From Alphaproteobacteria bacterium (GTDB taxonomy: Bacteria; Pseudomonadota; Alphaproteobacteria; SP197), in assembly GCA_964291265.2 (NCBI GenBank), contig OZ219747.1:3424001-3488000 (forward strand): a DNA stretch of 64,000 bases, given 5' to 3'. Of this stretch, positions 33,736 to 42,711 are shown piece by piece. Numbering within the stretch: position 1 is the first letter of the stretch; each line of letters begins with the position of its first letter. The notes below the pieces were generated by a model. That model ran no database searches and was not told the origin of the DNA. It worked only from the letters and a program-made list of their open reading frames with translations. Position numbers and translations under genes: made by a program.

Positions 33736-34350
33736 TCAGCTCCGGCCATGACGCGCTTCCAGGAGACGGTGCATGTAGCGCGCCAGCATGTCGATTTCCA
33801 GATTGACGCGATCACCGGGGGCCAGACCGGAGAAGGTGGTCACATGACGCGTGTGGGGAATGATGCTGGCACCGAACAGGCAGTTTCCTTCACGATCCTC
33901 GACGAAGGTGACGGTCAGCGACACGCCGTCCAGGGCAATGGAGCCCTTTTCGGCAATGAAGGGCGCCACTCCTGGCGGGGCGCAGAATGTCATGTCGGTC
34001 GAATCGGCCCGTTCTTCCACCCGGGAGACCTCCGCCACCGCATCGACGTGACCGGACACGAGGTGCCCCCCGATCTCCTCGCCCATCGCCAGGGACCGTT
34101 CGAGGTTGACCGGCGAACCCACCTTCCACAGCCCCAGCGTCGTGCGTGACAGGGTCTCTCTCGAAACGTCCGCACTGAACCGGTCGCCGGACTTGCCCGT
34201 CAGGGTCAGGCAGGTCCCGGAACAGGAAACGGACGCGCCCGTCGCCACCTGCCTGAGATCCCAGGAGGTGGTGATGCCGACGACGAGGCCGCCGGCGTTG
34301 CCGTCCAGGGAACACACCTGACCGCAGTCTGTCACGATGCCGGAGAACAT
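33736..34350 (-). CDS. ribE: riboflavin synthase alpha chain
   Basis: MFSGIV, GTCLT, VNLER, GGHLVSGHVD. Confidence 0.95.
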   Translation of the reverse strand: MFSGIVTDCGQVCSLDGNAGGLVVGITTSWDLRQVATGASVSCSGTCLTLTGKSGDRFSADVSRETLSRTTLGLWKVGSPVNLERSLAMGEEIGGHLVSGHVDAVAEVSRVEERADSTDMTFCAPPGVAPFIAEKGSIALDGVSLTVTFVEDREGNCLFGASIIPHTRHVTTFSGLAPGDRVNLEIDMLARYMHRLLEARHGRS

Positions 34351-35462
34351 GTGCCTGCGTTGCCGCCGGAGGCCAGCACCGTCAACCCGTCCTGGCCCCA
34401 TGTGCGGCGAAGGAGGACCCGCCAGCGCCGCGAACTCGACAGCGATGTCACGTCGAGACCGGCCAGGGATGGCGCAGCATCATGACCGAGAAGAAGCGGC
34501 GCGTGAAACCAGGCGATGCGGTCCACCAGGCCGTTGCGGACCAGACTGCCTGCCAGGAGGGCGCCGCCCTCGACCAGCAGGCGTGTCAACCCTCTTGCGC
34601 CCAGGGCGGCCATCATCGCCATCGGGGACACTCTCCCGGAGTGGTCGCGGTCAACCTCGATCACCTCGACGCGCGCTTCGCGCAAGGCCTCCTTTCGCTC
34701 CACATCCGCACCCCTGCCGCAGACGATCCACGTCGGAGTGTCAGCGGCGGAGGCCACGAGCGACGACCCGCGAGCAAGGCCGAGATTGCTGTCGGCCACG
34801 ATCCGCACCGGCGAGCGGTGTTTGAGCCCATCGAGTCGGCACGTGAGGAGCGGATCATCGATGTCAGCGGTGCCGCGTCCGACGAGGACAGCATCGTGAT
34901 CGAGGCGCAGGCCATGGGCGGCGCGGCGCGCCTTCGGCCCCGTGATCCATCGGCTCTCTCCGGTTGTCGTCGCAATCCTGCCATCGAGGGACGCAGCGAC
35001 CTTGAGGGTCACGAGAGGCCGCCCGGTGACGATTCTCGACGTGAAACCGGCATGTAGGTCACGCGCCTGTTGTGCCAGGGGCCCGACATCGACATCGATT
35101 CCGGCCTCCCGCAGACGCGTGATTCCCCGGCCCGACGTGCGTGGATCAGGGTCCGTCATGGGCACGACGACACGCTTCAGGCCGGCATGCACCAGGGAGT
35201 CGGAACACGACGATCCACTCCTGCGGTGGGCGCAGGGCTCCAGGGCAATGTAGGCTGTCGCTCCCCTCGCGCGCTCGCCGGCCATGTCGAGGGCGACGGC
35301 TTCGCCATGCGGTCTGCCGCCGGGAGCGGTGATCCCTCTGCCGACAACGATTCCAGCGCGCACGATGACGCAGCCGACCGAGGGATTGGGCCAGGTCGAA
35401 CCCAGATTGCGTCCGGCAAGTGCCAGCGCCGCCGTCATGTGGTGATGGTCCGCGGAGTTCAC
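34332..35462 (-). CDS. ribD: bifunctional riboflavin deaminase/reductase
   Basis: PNPSVG, HGE, EPC-x8-C, SLDG, SRWIT, VEGG. Confidence 0.94.
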   Translation of the reverse strand: MNSADHHHMTAALALAGRNLGSTWPNPSVGCVIVRAGIVVGRGITAPGGRPHGEAVALDMAGERARGATAYIALEPCAHRRSGSSCSDSLVHAGLKRVVVPMTDPDPRTSGRGITRLREAGIDVDVGPLAQQARDLHAGFTSRIVTGRPLVTLKVAASLDGRIATTTGESRWITGPKARRAAHGLRLDHDAVLVGRGTADIDDPLLTCRLDGLKHRSPVRIVADSNLGLARGSSLVASAADTPTWIVCGRGADVERKEALREARVEVIEVDRDHSGRVSPMAMMAALGARGLTRLLVEGGALLAGSLVRNGLVDRIAWFHAPLLLGHDAAPSLAGLDVTSLSSSRRWRVLLRRTWGQDGLTVLASGGNAGTCSPAS

Positions 35463-35494
35463 GCCGTTCCGGGGGACGATGCCCGTGTCCTGCT

Positions 35495-35938
35495 TCAGAT
35501 GCCTTCGATGAATTTCGCGAAGTCCCTTGCCTTGTCGAAGTTGCGATAGACCGATGCGAAGCGCACGAAGGCGACATCATCAACCCCGGAAAGGGCAGAC
35601 AGCACCATCTCCCCGACAACGCTGCTGTGGACCTCCCGCTCACCGAGATGCTCGAGCTGACGCTGGATGTCGGCAACCATGTGATCGAGCTGATCTTCCG
35701 AGAAGGGGCGCTTGCGCATGGCAACGAGAATCGAACCGGCCAGCTTGTCACGGTTGAACGGCACGCGCTCGCCGGATTTCTTGACGATCATCATGACCCG
35801 CAGCTGCAACCGTTCATAGGTCGTGAAACGCATGCCGCAGCGGGTGCACTCCCGGCGCCGGCGCACGGCCACTCCGTCTTCGGCCGGACGCGAGTCCTTG
35901 ACCTGAGTTGAGTCACTCTTGCACGCCGGGCACTTCAT
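35495..35938 (-). CDS. nrdR: transcriptional repressor NrdR
   Basis: CPAC, RRRREC..C, RFTTYE, RFASVY. Confidence 0.96.
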   Translation of the reverse strand: MKCPACKSDSTQVKDSRPAEDGVAVRRRRECTRCGMRFTTYERLQLRVMMIVKKSGERVPFNRDKLAGSILVAMRKRPFSEDQLDHMVADIQRQLEHLGEREVHSSVVGEMVLSALSGVDDVAFVRFASVYRNFDKARDFAKFIEGI

Positions 35939-35951
35939 GATCGATCCCGTG

Positions 35952-37241
35952 TTACGCCCCGTAGACCGGAAAGCGGCGGCACAGATCCAGCACCCGCGCC
36001 TCGACGTCCCGCTCTGCCACGCCGTTGTCGTCCGAATGAACCGCGAGTGAATCAAGGACTTCGACGATCAAGTCGGCAACCATGCTGAACTCGGGCGCAG
36101 AGAAACCCCGGGTGGTGGCCGCCGGCGTCCCAAGCCTGATTCCCGACGTCACCGTCGGTTTCTCGGGATCGAACGGAATGGTGTTCTTGTTGCAGGTGAT
36201 CCTGGCACGTTCGAGACTCTTCTCAGCGCGGGTGCCGGTCAGCCCCTTGGGTCTGAGGTCGACCAGCATGACATGGGTGTCCGTTCCTCCCGAGACGATC
36301 GCCAGACCGCCCCTGACGAGGGTCTCGGCAAGGGTCCTGGCATTGTTGACGACTGCCTGGGCATAGGTCTTGAACCCGGGTTGCATCGCTTCGCCAAGCG
36401 CCACCGCCTTGGCGGCGATGACGTGCATGAGCGGTCCGCCCTGGAGGCCGGGAAAGACCGCGGAATCGACCTTCCGGCCGATGTCGACGTCGCTGGAGAG
36501 AATCATGCCCCCGCGTGGCCCCCGCAGGGTCTTGTGGGTGGTGGTGGTGCACACATGAGCGTGCGGCAGGGGGTCGGGATGGACTCCGGCGGCCACAAGA
36601 CCGGCAAAATGCGCCATGTCGACCATGAACCAGGCGCCCACCGAGTCGGCGATGGCGCGCAGGCGCGCAAAGTCGATGATCCGGGAATAGGCGGAGCCGC
36701 CGGCGATGATCAGCGCCGGCCTGTGCTCGCCGGCAAGGCGCTCCACCTCGTCATAGTCGATGAGCCCCGTCTCGCGGTCCGTTCCGTAGCCGACGGCATT
36801 GAACCACTTGCCGGAGATGTTGGGCCGGGCGCCGTGGGTAAGGTGGCCGCCATGATCAAGCGCCATGCCCAGGATGGTGTCGCCGGGCCTGAGCAGCGCC
36901 AGCAGCACGGCGCCATTGGCCTGGGCGCCCGAATGCGGTTGCACGTTGACCCAGGCGCAACCGAAGAGTTCCTTCGCCCGCTCGATGGCGATGCGTTCGG
37001 CGATGTCGACATGCTCGCAGCCGCCGTAGTAGCGGCGCCCGGGATAGCCTTCGGCATACTTGTTGGTCAGGACGGATCCCTGGGCCTCCAGCACGGCCGG
37101 CGACACGATGTTCTCCGAGGCGATCAGTTCGACCTGCTCCTGCTGGCGTTTGAGTTCGCCCGCGAGGGCATCGAAGATCAGGGGGTCCATCTTCGCCAGT
37201 TCATGTGGGAACGGACCGGTCTGTCGGGTCTCCATGGTCAT
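35952..37241 (-). CDS. glyA: serine hydroxymethyltransferase
   Basis: [29 protein letters not shown]. Confidence 0.97.
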   Translation of the reverse strand: MTMETRQTGPFPHELAKMDPLIFDALAGELKRQQEQVELIASENIVSPAVLEAQGSVLTNKYAEGYPGRRYYGGCEHVDIAERIAIERAKELFGCAWVNVQPHSGAQANGAVLLALLRPGDTILGMALDHGGHLTHGARPNISGKWFNAVGYGTDRETGLIDYDEVERLAGEHRPALIIAGGSAYSRIIDFARLRAIADSVGAWFMVDMAHFAGLVAAGVHPDPLPHAHVCTTTTHKTLRGPRGGMILSSDVDIGRKVDSAVFPGLQGGPLMHVIAAKAVALGEAMQPGFKTYAQAVVNNARTLAETLVRGGLAIVSGGTDTHVMLVDLRPKGLTGTRAEKSLERARITCNKNTIPFDPEKPTVTSGIRLGTPAATTRGFSAPEFSMVADLIVEVLDSLAVHSDDNGVAERDVEARVLDLCRRFPVYGA

Positions 37242-37266
37242 CGCTCCGGAATCGGCACCGCGCCTT

Positions 37267-37719
37267 CTAGCGCAAGTGATCCGTGTGCGACAACTTGTCG
37301 ACACGGTGCGCGTGGCGGCCCCCGTCAAAGCGGGTATCGATGAAGGCGCGCAGGCACTGGCGTGCCGTCTCTTCACCGATCAGCCGCCCGCCGAGTGCGA
37401 GGATGTTGGCGTCGTTGTGACGACGGGCCAGCACGGCTGACGTGACATCATGACAGACGGCGGCGCGGACGGCGCCGTGTCGATTCGCCGCCATGGCGAT
37501 GCCGATCCCCGTGCCGCAGACCAGGACACCCTGCCTCGCCCTCCCCTCGACGAGGCACAGGACCATGCGCATGGCGTAATCGGGGTAGTCCACCGGATCG
37601 GTTCCCGTGGTCCCGAGATCGAGGGCATCGATCCGCCACGCTTCGAGTGTGCCCAGCAGAACCGACTTCAGCGCGTATCCCGCATGATCCGAGGCCAGCG
37701 CGATGCGGGAGGTGTTCAT
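37267..37719 (-). CDS. rpiB: ribose 5-phosphate isomerase B
   Basis: SDHAG, DYPD, CGTGIG, HNDAN, GGRH. Confidence 0.95.
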   Translation of the reverse strand: MNTSRIALASDHAGYALKSVLLGTLEAWRIDALDLGTTGTDPVDYPDYAMRMVLCLVEGRARQGVLVCGTGIGIAMAANRHGAVRAAVCHDVTSAVLARRHNDANILALGGRLIGEETARQCLRAFIDTRFDGGRHAHRVDKLSHTDHLR

Positions 37720-37808
37720 CGGTCAAGGACTCGCATTGCATCCACCGCCGAGGATAGCATGGGCCGGTCCAAGGTGCCAGTTCATGACAACAGGGAGCGG
37801 GAGAACCG

Positions 37809-37997
37809 ATGAAGAAGATGCAAGGAGCGATGCTGTCCGCCATCGACAAGGCTGACATCCTCGAGATGACCACCGAGATCGTCACCGCCTATGTCGCCGG
37901 CAATTCCGTTCCTCCGGACGACATGCCGAACCTCATCATGCGCATCCACACAACCCTCGCCAGCCTCGCATCGGGACCGGGGCGAGCCCCGACCTGA
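37809..37997 (+). CDS. MucR/Ros family N-terminal domain only (no zinc finger); truncated protein or pseudogene
   Basis: LEMTTEIVTAYVAGNSVPPDDMPNLIMRIHTTL matches MucR N-terminus; GGGAG RBS; divergent from rpiB. Confidence 0.75.
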   Translation: MKKMQGAMLSAIDKADILEMTTEIVTAYVAGNSVPPDDMPNLIMRIHTTLASLASGPGRAPT

Positions 37998-38179
37998 AGG
38001 CGTCTGGCGTGCGGACATGACACCGTTGCTTCGCCTGCATCGACTCCGGATGGATCGGCGCCCGATGACACCCTTGAGAGTCGCAAGCCGGAGCATGGCG
38101 CACAGGCATGAGTCCAGGCCTTGCCTGCCCGACTCGAAGCGGCCTGGCGCCCTTCCGGGAGGTCTGCCGACAGCCGAGG

Positions 38180-38211
38180 GATTGCGCCGGGTTGATCGAG
38201 GTTGACCCGGC
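38180..38211. repeat. 32-bp palindromic direct repeat, copy 1
   Basis: GATTGCGCCGGGTTGATCGAGGTTGACCCGGC, identical to 39816-39847. Confidence 0.92.
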
Positions 38212-38325
38212 GCGAGTGTTCGCTCACGAGGTGCCTGTCACCTGTTGATGGGTTCCATGAGGTTCCACCGACGCTCCGGGCCTTTCAACCGGACACTGCG
38301 GGACGAGTCGTCCGACGGCAGGTTG

Positions 38326-39639
38326 CTAGCCGATGAAAACGAAGTCGAAGTCCTCAATGCCCAGGCTGATCGCCGACACACCTTCCAGCGTGATCGTGTC
38401 TCCTTCGCTGCCGTAGCCGATGACGGTGTCGTCGCCGTCCTGCCGGATCGTCAGCGCCTCGAAGGCGGCTTCGTCGGAAGTGTCGGCCGGAACGTTCAGA
38501 TGGAGCTGGATTACATCATCATTCTGCAGGGCACGCGACGATTCACGCTCTGCGAAATAGGCCATATAGCGTTCGATGACATCTTCGGACAGGCCTTGCC
38601 CCACCAGATGCGCGCGAAAATGGCGTGCATGCGCCTCCATCAACTCGGGGGACGGGGACACGAAATCAACGATGGTGTCTTTCCCGTCCCTCTCGTAAAA
38701 CACGAATGTGTCGCTGCCCCGGTCGCCCTTCAGGGTGTCGCTGCCCTTGCCGCCGTACAGGGTGTCGTCGCCATAGCTGCCGTCCAGGGTGTCGCTGCCC
38801 CTGCCGCCGTACAGGGTGTCGTCGCCATAGCTGCCGTCCAGGGTGTCGCTGCCCCTGCCGCCGTACAGGGTGTCGTCGTCGAAGCTGCCATTCAGATAAT
38901 CATCGCCCTTGCCACCGTAGAGGGTGTCGTCGCCGTGGCCGCCGTACAGGGTGTCGTCGCCCGTACCGCCGTAGAGGGTGTCGTCGCCGTGATTGCCGTC
39001 CAGGGTGTCGTCGCCCGTGTCGCCGTACAGGGTGTCGTCGTCGAAGCTGCCATTCAGATAATCATCGCCCTTGCCACCGTGGAGGGTGTCGTCGCCGCTG
39101 CCACCGTCCAGGAAATCATGACCTTTGCCGCCACGCAGGATGTCGTCGCCGTGATTGCCGTCCAGGATGTCGTCGCCTTCACGGCCGTGCAGGTCTTCGG
39201 CTTCGGAGTTCAGGCCCACAAGGACATCGTCACCTTCGCTCACCGCCAGCTTGGACTCTTGAAGGTAGTTCAGATACTTGTACTCCCAGTACGACACAAG
39301 GTGAAAATTCTTCTCCGTCAGGAGGTGGTTGCCATTTTCGTCGATAAGATCGGCCGCATTGCGCAACACGACCTTGCGGTCGTCCCGCACATAGGCGAAC
39401 GACAGGGAGGGGCCGCTGATACCGATCGTGATCGTGTCGGCGTCCCGATCCACCTCGAATGTCAGGTCACTGAAATCCCCATTGAAATCAATCAGCCGAA
39501 TCTTGTCGTCGACCGAGAAGTCAAGGATTTCGTCTGTGGGGATCGCGGTACTGGACCTGAGCTCGAATACGAACAGGTCCTTGTCCGCGGAAGCCTGATA
39601 CGTGTCTTGGCGGTGTTTCTTGTCCAGGATGATCGGCAT
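38326..39639 (-). CDS. RTX (hemolysin-type) calcium-binding repeat protein, probable type I secretion substrate
   Basis: About 18 GGxGxDxLx-type nonapeptides; C-terminal DFDF; GAGGAG/AGGA RBS before MPIILD (alternative start 39702). Confidence 0.9.
   Translation of the reverse strand: MPIILDKKHRQDTYQASADKDLFVFELRSSTAIPTDEILDFSVDDKIRLIDFNGDFSDLTFEVDRDADTITIGISGPSLSFAYVRDDRKVVLRNAADLIDENGNHLLTEKNFHLVSYWEYKYLNYLQESKLAVSEGDDVLVGLNSEAEDLHGREGDDILDGNHGDDILRGGKGHDFLDGGSGDDTLHGGKGDDYLNGSFDDDTLYGDTGDDTLDGNHGDDTLYGGTGDDTLYGGHGDDTLYGGKGDDYLNGSFDDDTLYGGRGSDTLDGSYGDDTLYGGRGSDTLDGSYGDDTLYGGKGSDTLKGDRGSDTFVFYERDGKDTIVDFVSPSPELMEAHARHFRAHLVGQGLSEDVIERYMAYFAERESSRALQNDDVIQLHLNVPADTSDEAAFEALTIRQDGDDTVIGYGSEGDTITLEGVSAISLGIEDFDFVFIG
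38710..39195 (-). repeat. 27-bp-unit RTX coding repeat with 54-bp and 162-bp higher-order duplications
   Basis: DTLYGGRGSDTLDGSYGD occurs twice; GAAGCTGCCATTCAGATAATC at 38881 and 39043 (162 apart). Confidence 0.9.
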
Positions 39640-39744
39640 TCCTGCTTTCTCCTCTGTCGATGGGACACCCGAATGGTTCCGCTGTCGTATGTCAGCCCAC
39701 ATCCGTCAGTCAGCCTGTGGAGTCGGACCGTATCCTCACCGAAT

Positions 39745-39771
39745 AGTGTACTGGGGGGGGTGTGAAGTCAA
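39745..39771 (-). promoter_or_regulatory. candidate sigma70 promoter of RTX gene with C8 tract in spacer
   Basis: Minus strand TTGACT-tcacaCCCCCCCCag-TACACT (15-nt spacer). Confidence 0.5.
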
Positions 39772-39815
39772 CACATGGCAGGACCATTTCTTGTCGCGGC
39801 CGAGGGGGCCATGAA

Positions 39816-39847
39816 GATTGCGCCGGGTTGATCGAGGTTGACCCGGC
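39816..39847. repeat. 32-bp palindromic direct repeat, copy 2
   Basis: Identical to 38180-38211. Confidence 0.92.
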
Positions 39848-40378
39848 ACCCCGGTCTCCCGTGGCACGGGACAGGAGAATCAGGCGGCGCCCGGCGATGG
39901 CCGTGCTGGCAGATCACGTGACGGTGGAATGGGTGAGAACCAAACCTGGCGGCGAAGCCGACCCCGGCGACCTTGCCTCGGTACGCGTGATCCCACGTTC
40001 GGGCCCAGGCCCTTCACGGAGGTGTCGCTCCAGGCACGGATCGATGAGGCACGTCAGCCAGGCGGGAAACCTGATCGACCCGGATGCCTCATCCCGGAGG
40101 GTTGGTCTCGGACAGCAGGTATTCGTTCCACGGCAGCATGGACAACCGATTGTGGCAGCGGGAGATCCGAACCTGACGGCGCCGATGGCGGTCCGTGCCT
40201 CGCGGCACGCTACCGGACCCTTGCGGGGCCGCGGTTTCCCGATGGCAGCGTTGCCGGGGACTTAACAGGAACATCCCCGCCTGGTACGCCATCGGACGGC
40301 CCTGACGGCTCAATCGTGTCCTGGCCTCGCCTGACCTTGACCTCGACGAACCGGACGAATGGGCCCTGACCGGCATGC

Positions 40379-41692
40379 TCAGGCCTGTCGGCGGGGCCCT
40401 GCGGGAAGGAGCCCTCCGGGCGCGAAGCGCAGGACGACAAGCAGGATGAGCCCCATGACAAGGACTCGCGTATAGGGGGCGCCGTCAAGGATGTAGCCGG
40501 CCAGGGTGCTTCCCTCTCCGGCGATGGTCACGAGGTATCCGGCCAGCCACAGCCCGGCAGGTTCAGCCTCGATCCACACGAACCAGACCAGGAAGCCTCC
40601 GAGAACCGCACCCCAGTTGTTGCCGGAACCGCCGATGATGACCATCACCCAGATGAGAAAGGTAAAGCGCAGCGGCTGATAGCTTCCGGGCGTGAACTGA
40701 CCGTCCAGGGTCGTCAGCATGGCGCCGGCAATTCCGATGACGGCGGCGCCCAGCACGAAGATCTCGAGGTGGCGCGCCTTGACGTCCTTGCCCATGGCCG
40801 CGGCACTGGCCTCGTTGTCGCGAATGGCCCGCATCATGCGGCCCCAGGGCGAGTGGAGCGCCTTCTCGGCCAGGACAAGGAGGCCTGCCAGAACCGCCAC
40901 GAAGAGCCCTGCGTAGCAGAGCTTGACGGCGATGGTGGATGCCGTCTGGACATCGGTTCCCAGGGTCGCCGCGAGCTCCTGGAATCGGGAAGACTGCTGC
41001 AAGCCGACCTCGTAGGGCACGGGGCGGTCGAGACCCGTCACGTTCCGCACGCCCCGGGTCAGCCAATCCTCGTTCTTGATGACGGCGATCACCATCTCGG
41101 CAATCCCCAGGGTGGCAATGGCGAGGTAGTCCGCCCGCAATCCAAGGGCCACCCGGGCGATGAGCCACGCCGCGCCGGCGGCAACCAGGCCGCCTGCGGG
41201 CCACCCCAGGATGATCGGCAGATCAAGGCCGCCGAGAAAACCCGTCCGTGCCGGATCCACGGACTCGATGCTCTCGACCGCCGGCTCGAAGAAACGCTGC
41301 AGGACAACCCAGCCCGCCAGCAGCACGACCGTCGTTGCCGCCACGCGCCACCTGCCCGGATCGATGAACCTGCGTATCAGGACAACGGCCAGGACGGTGA
41401 CGGCGAGCGTGATACCTGTCCACACGAGATCGCCGGCGGCGGCATCCCAGGCGGCATCCACCGGCGCCACCGACACCAGGGTGGCGGCAATGCCGCCCAG
41501 AGCGGCAAAACCCATGACACCGACATTGAAGAGTCCGGCGTAGCCCCACTGCATGTTGAGACCAAGGGCCATGATGGCGGAGATCAGGCACAGGTTGAGT
41601 ATGGAGAGGGCCACCACCCAGGACTGCCCCAGACCCGTGATGACGAGAAGGGCCACCATCGCGGCGAGGCAAAGCAGTCCCCGGGTTGACAT
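40379..41692 (-). CDS. branched-chain amino acid ABC transporter permease (LivM-like)
   Basis: GLNMQWGYAGLFNVG, LRADYLAIATLG, WGRMMRAIRDNE. Confidence 0.9.
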   Translation of the reverse strand: MSTRGLLCLAAMVALLVITGLGQSWVVALSILNLCLISAIMALGLNMQWGYAGLFNVGVMGFAALGGIAATLVSVAPVDAAWDAAAGDLVWTGITLAVTVLAVVLIRRFIDPGRWRVAATTVVLLAGWVVLQRFFEPAVESIESVDPARTGFLGGLDLPIILGWPAGGLVAAGAAWLIARVALGLRADYLAIATLGIAEMVIAVIKNEDWLTRGVRNVTGLDRPVPYEVGLQQSSRFQELAATLGTDVQTASTIAVKLCYAGLFVAVLAGLLVLAEKALHSPWGRMMRAIRDNEASAAAMGKDVKARHLEIFVLGAAVIGIAGAMLTTLDGQFTPGSYQPLRFTFLIWVMVIIGGSGNNWGAVLGGFLVWFVWIEAEPAGLWLAGYLVTIAGEGSTLAGYILDGAPYTRVLVMGLILLVVLRFAPGGLLPAGPRRQA

Positions 41693-41694
41693 GA

Positions 41695-42711
41695 TCAGAT
41701 GACCTTGCCCCTGAAGATCCCGGTCGGGCGAATCAGGAGCACGACGATGAGAATGATGAAACTGACGGCGAACTTGTACTCGGTCGCCAGGACCTGGGTG
41801 AGCCCCTCGGGCTGCCAGTCCTCGGGAACGAGGTAGACGAGGAACTTGCGGTAGGCATAGGTGAGGGCAATCTCCGAGAATGCTACCACGTAGCCGCCGA
41901 TGACGGCGCCGAGAGGGTGCCCGATGCCGCCGACGATGGCAGCGGCAAACGTGGGCAGAAGCAGATTGAAGTAGGTGTAGGGCCTGAAACTCTTGTCGAG
42001 GCCGTAGAGGGTGCCGGCCACGGTGGCGAGTGTTGCAGAAATGAGCCACGCCGCCATCACGACGCGCTCGGGACTGACACCGCTGAGGAGCGCAAGGTCC
42101 TCGTTGTCCGACCACGCCCTCATCGCCTTGCCGGTGCGGGTATGCTGCAGGAACCAGAAGAGCAGCGCGCCTGCAAGGCATGTCACGGCGACGGTGAGGC
42201 CCTGCGAGACCTTGATGGCGAGGCCCTCCTGCAATCCGGTCGCGTCCCTGAACTCCCGCACCTCGAGAATGAACCGCGCGCCGTCATCGAGACTCCTGTC
42301 CTTCGTGCCGATCGCCATCCGGACGAGGCCGTTCATCACCAGCATGACGCCGAAGGAGGCAATGACGAACATGATCGCCGGGCTCCTCTTGCGCCGGTGG
42401 AAACGGTAAACGCAACGATCGGTCAGAAGGCAGATGCCGATGGCGGCAGCCATGCCTGCGGGCATGGCGATCAGCGCCGTCGGCAAGGGCTTGATGGCAA
42501 GGCCGAGGTCCTGGAACAGCCAGGTCGCGAAGATCGTGACCATGGTTCCGAACGCCATGACATCGCCGTGGGCAAAATTGGCGAAGCGGAGAATGCCGAA
42601 GATGATGGTCAGGCCGAGGGCGCACAGTGCGAGTTGTGAACCGTAGGAGATACCGGGAACCAGCACGAAATTGGCGAACAGGACACCGGCGTTGAGGACA
42701 TCGTCCACCAT
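41695..42711 (-). CDS. branched-chain amino acid ABC transporter permease (LivH-like)
   Basis: LRFANFAHGD, TRTGKAMRA, RPTGIF. Confidence 0.92.
   Translation of the reverse strand: MVDDVLNAGVLFANFVLVPGISYGSQLALCALGLTIIFGILRFANFAHGDVMAFGTMVTIFATWLFQDLGLAIKPLPTALIAMPAGMAAAIGICLLTDRCVYRFHRRKRSPAIMFVIASFGVMLVMNGLVRMAIGTKDRSLDDGARFILEVREFRDATGLQEGLAIKVSQGLTVAVTCLAGALLFWFLQHTRTGKAMRAWSDNEDLALLSGVSPERVVMAAWLISATLATVAGTLYGLDKSFRPYTYFNLLLPTFAAAIVGGIGHPLGAVIGGYVVAFSEIALTYAYRKFLVYLVPEDWQPEGLTQVLATEYKFAVSFIILIVVLLIRPTGIFRGKVI

Noticed and set aside
33288-35462. Riboflavin cluster lacking ribB/ribA; RibD with HGE instead of HAE
   Set aside because: ribBA is often located elsewhere, and the RibD Zn ligands and catalytic Glu are retained
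37975-38000. GGCGAGCCCCGACCTGAAGG as an att copy of the tRNA-Lys 3' end bounding the accessory block
   Set aside because: Match to TGGTGAGCCCGGAAGG is short and gapped, and there is no integrase in the window
38180-38211. 32-bp repeat as an integron attC site
   Set aside because: Too short, lacks RYYYAAC/GTTRRRY ends, and no intI is present
39929-40369. ORF containing FGPRPFTEVSLQARIDEAR as an integrase arm-domain remnant
   Set aside because: Resemblance covers under 20 residues with no other integrase motifs; cannot be supported without a search
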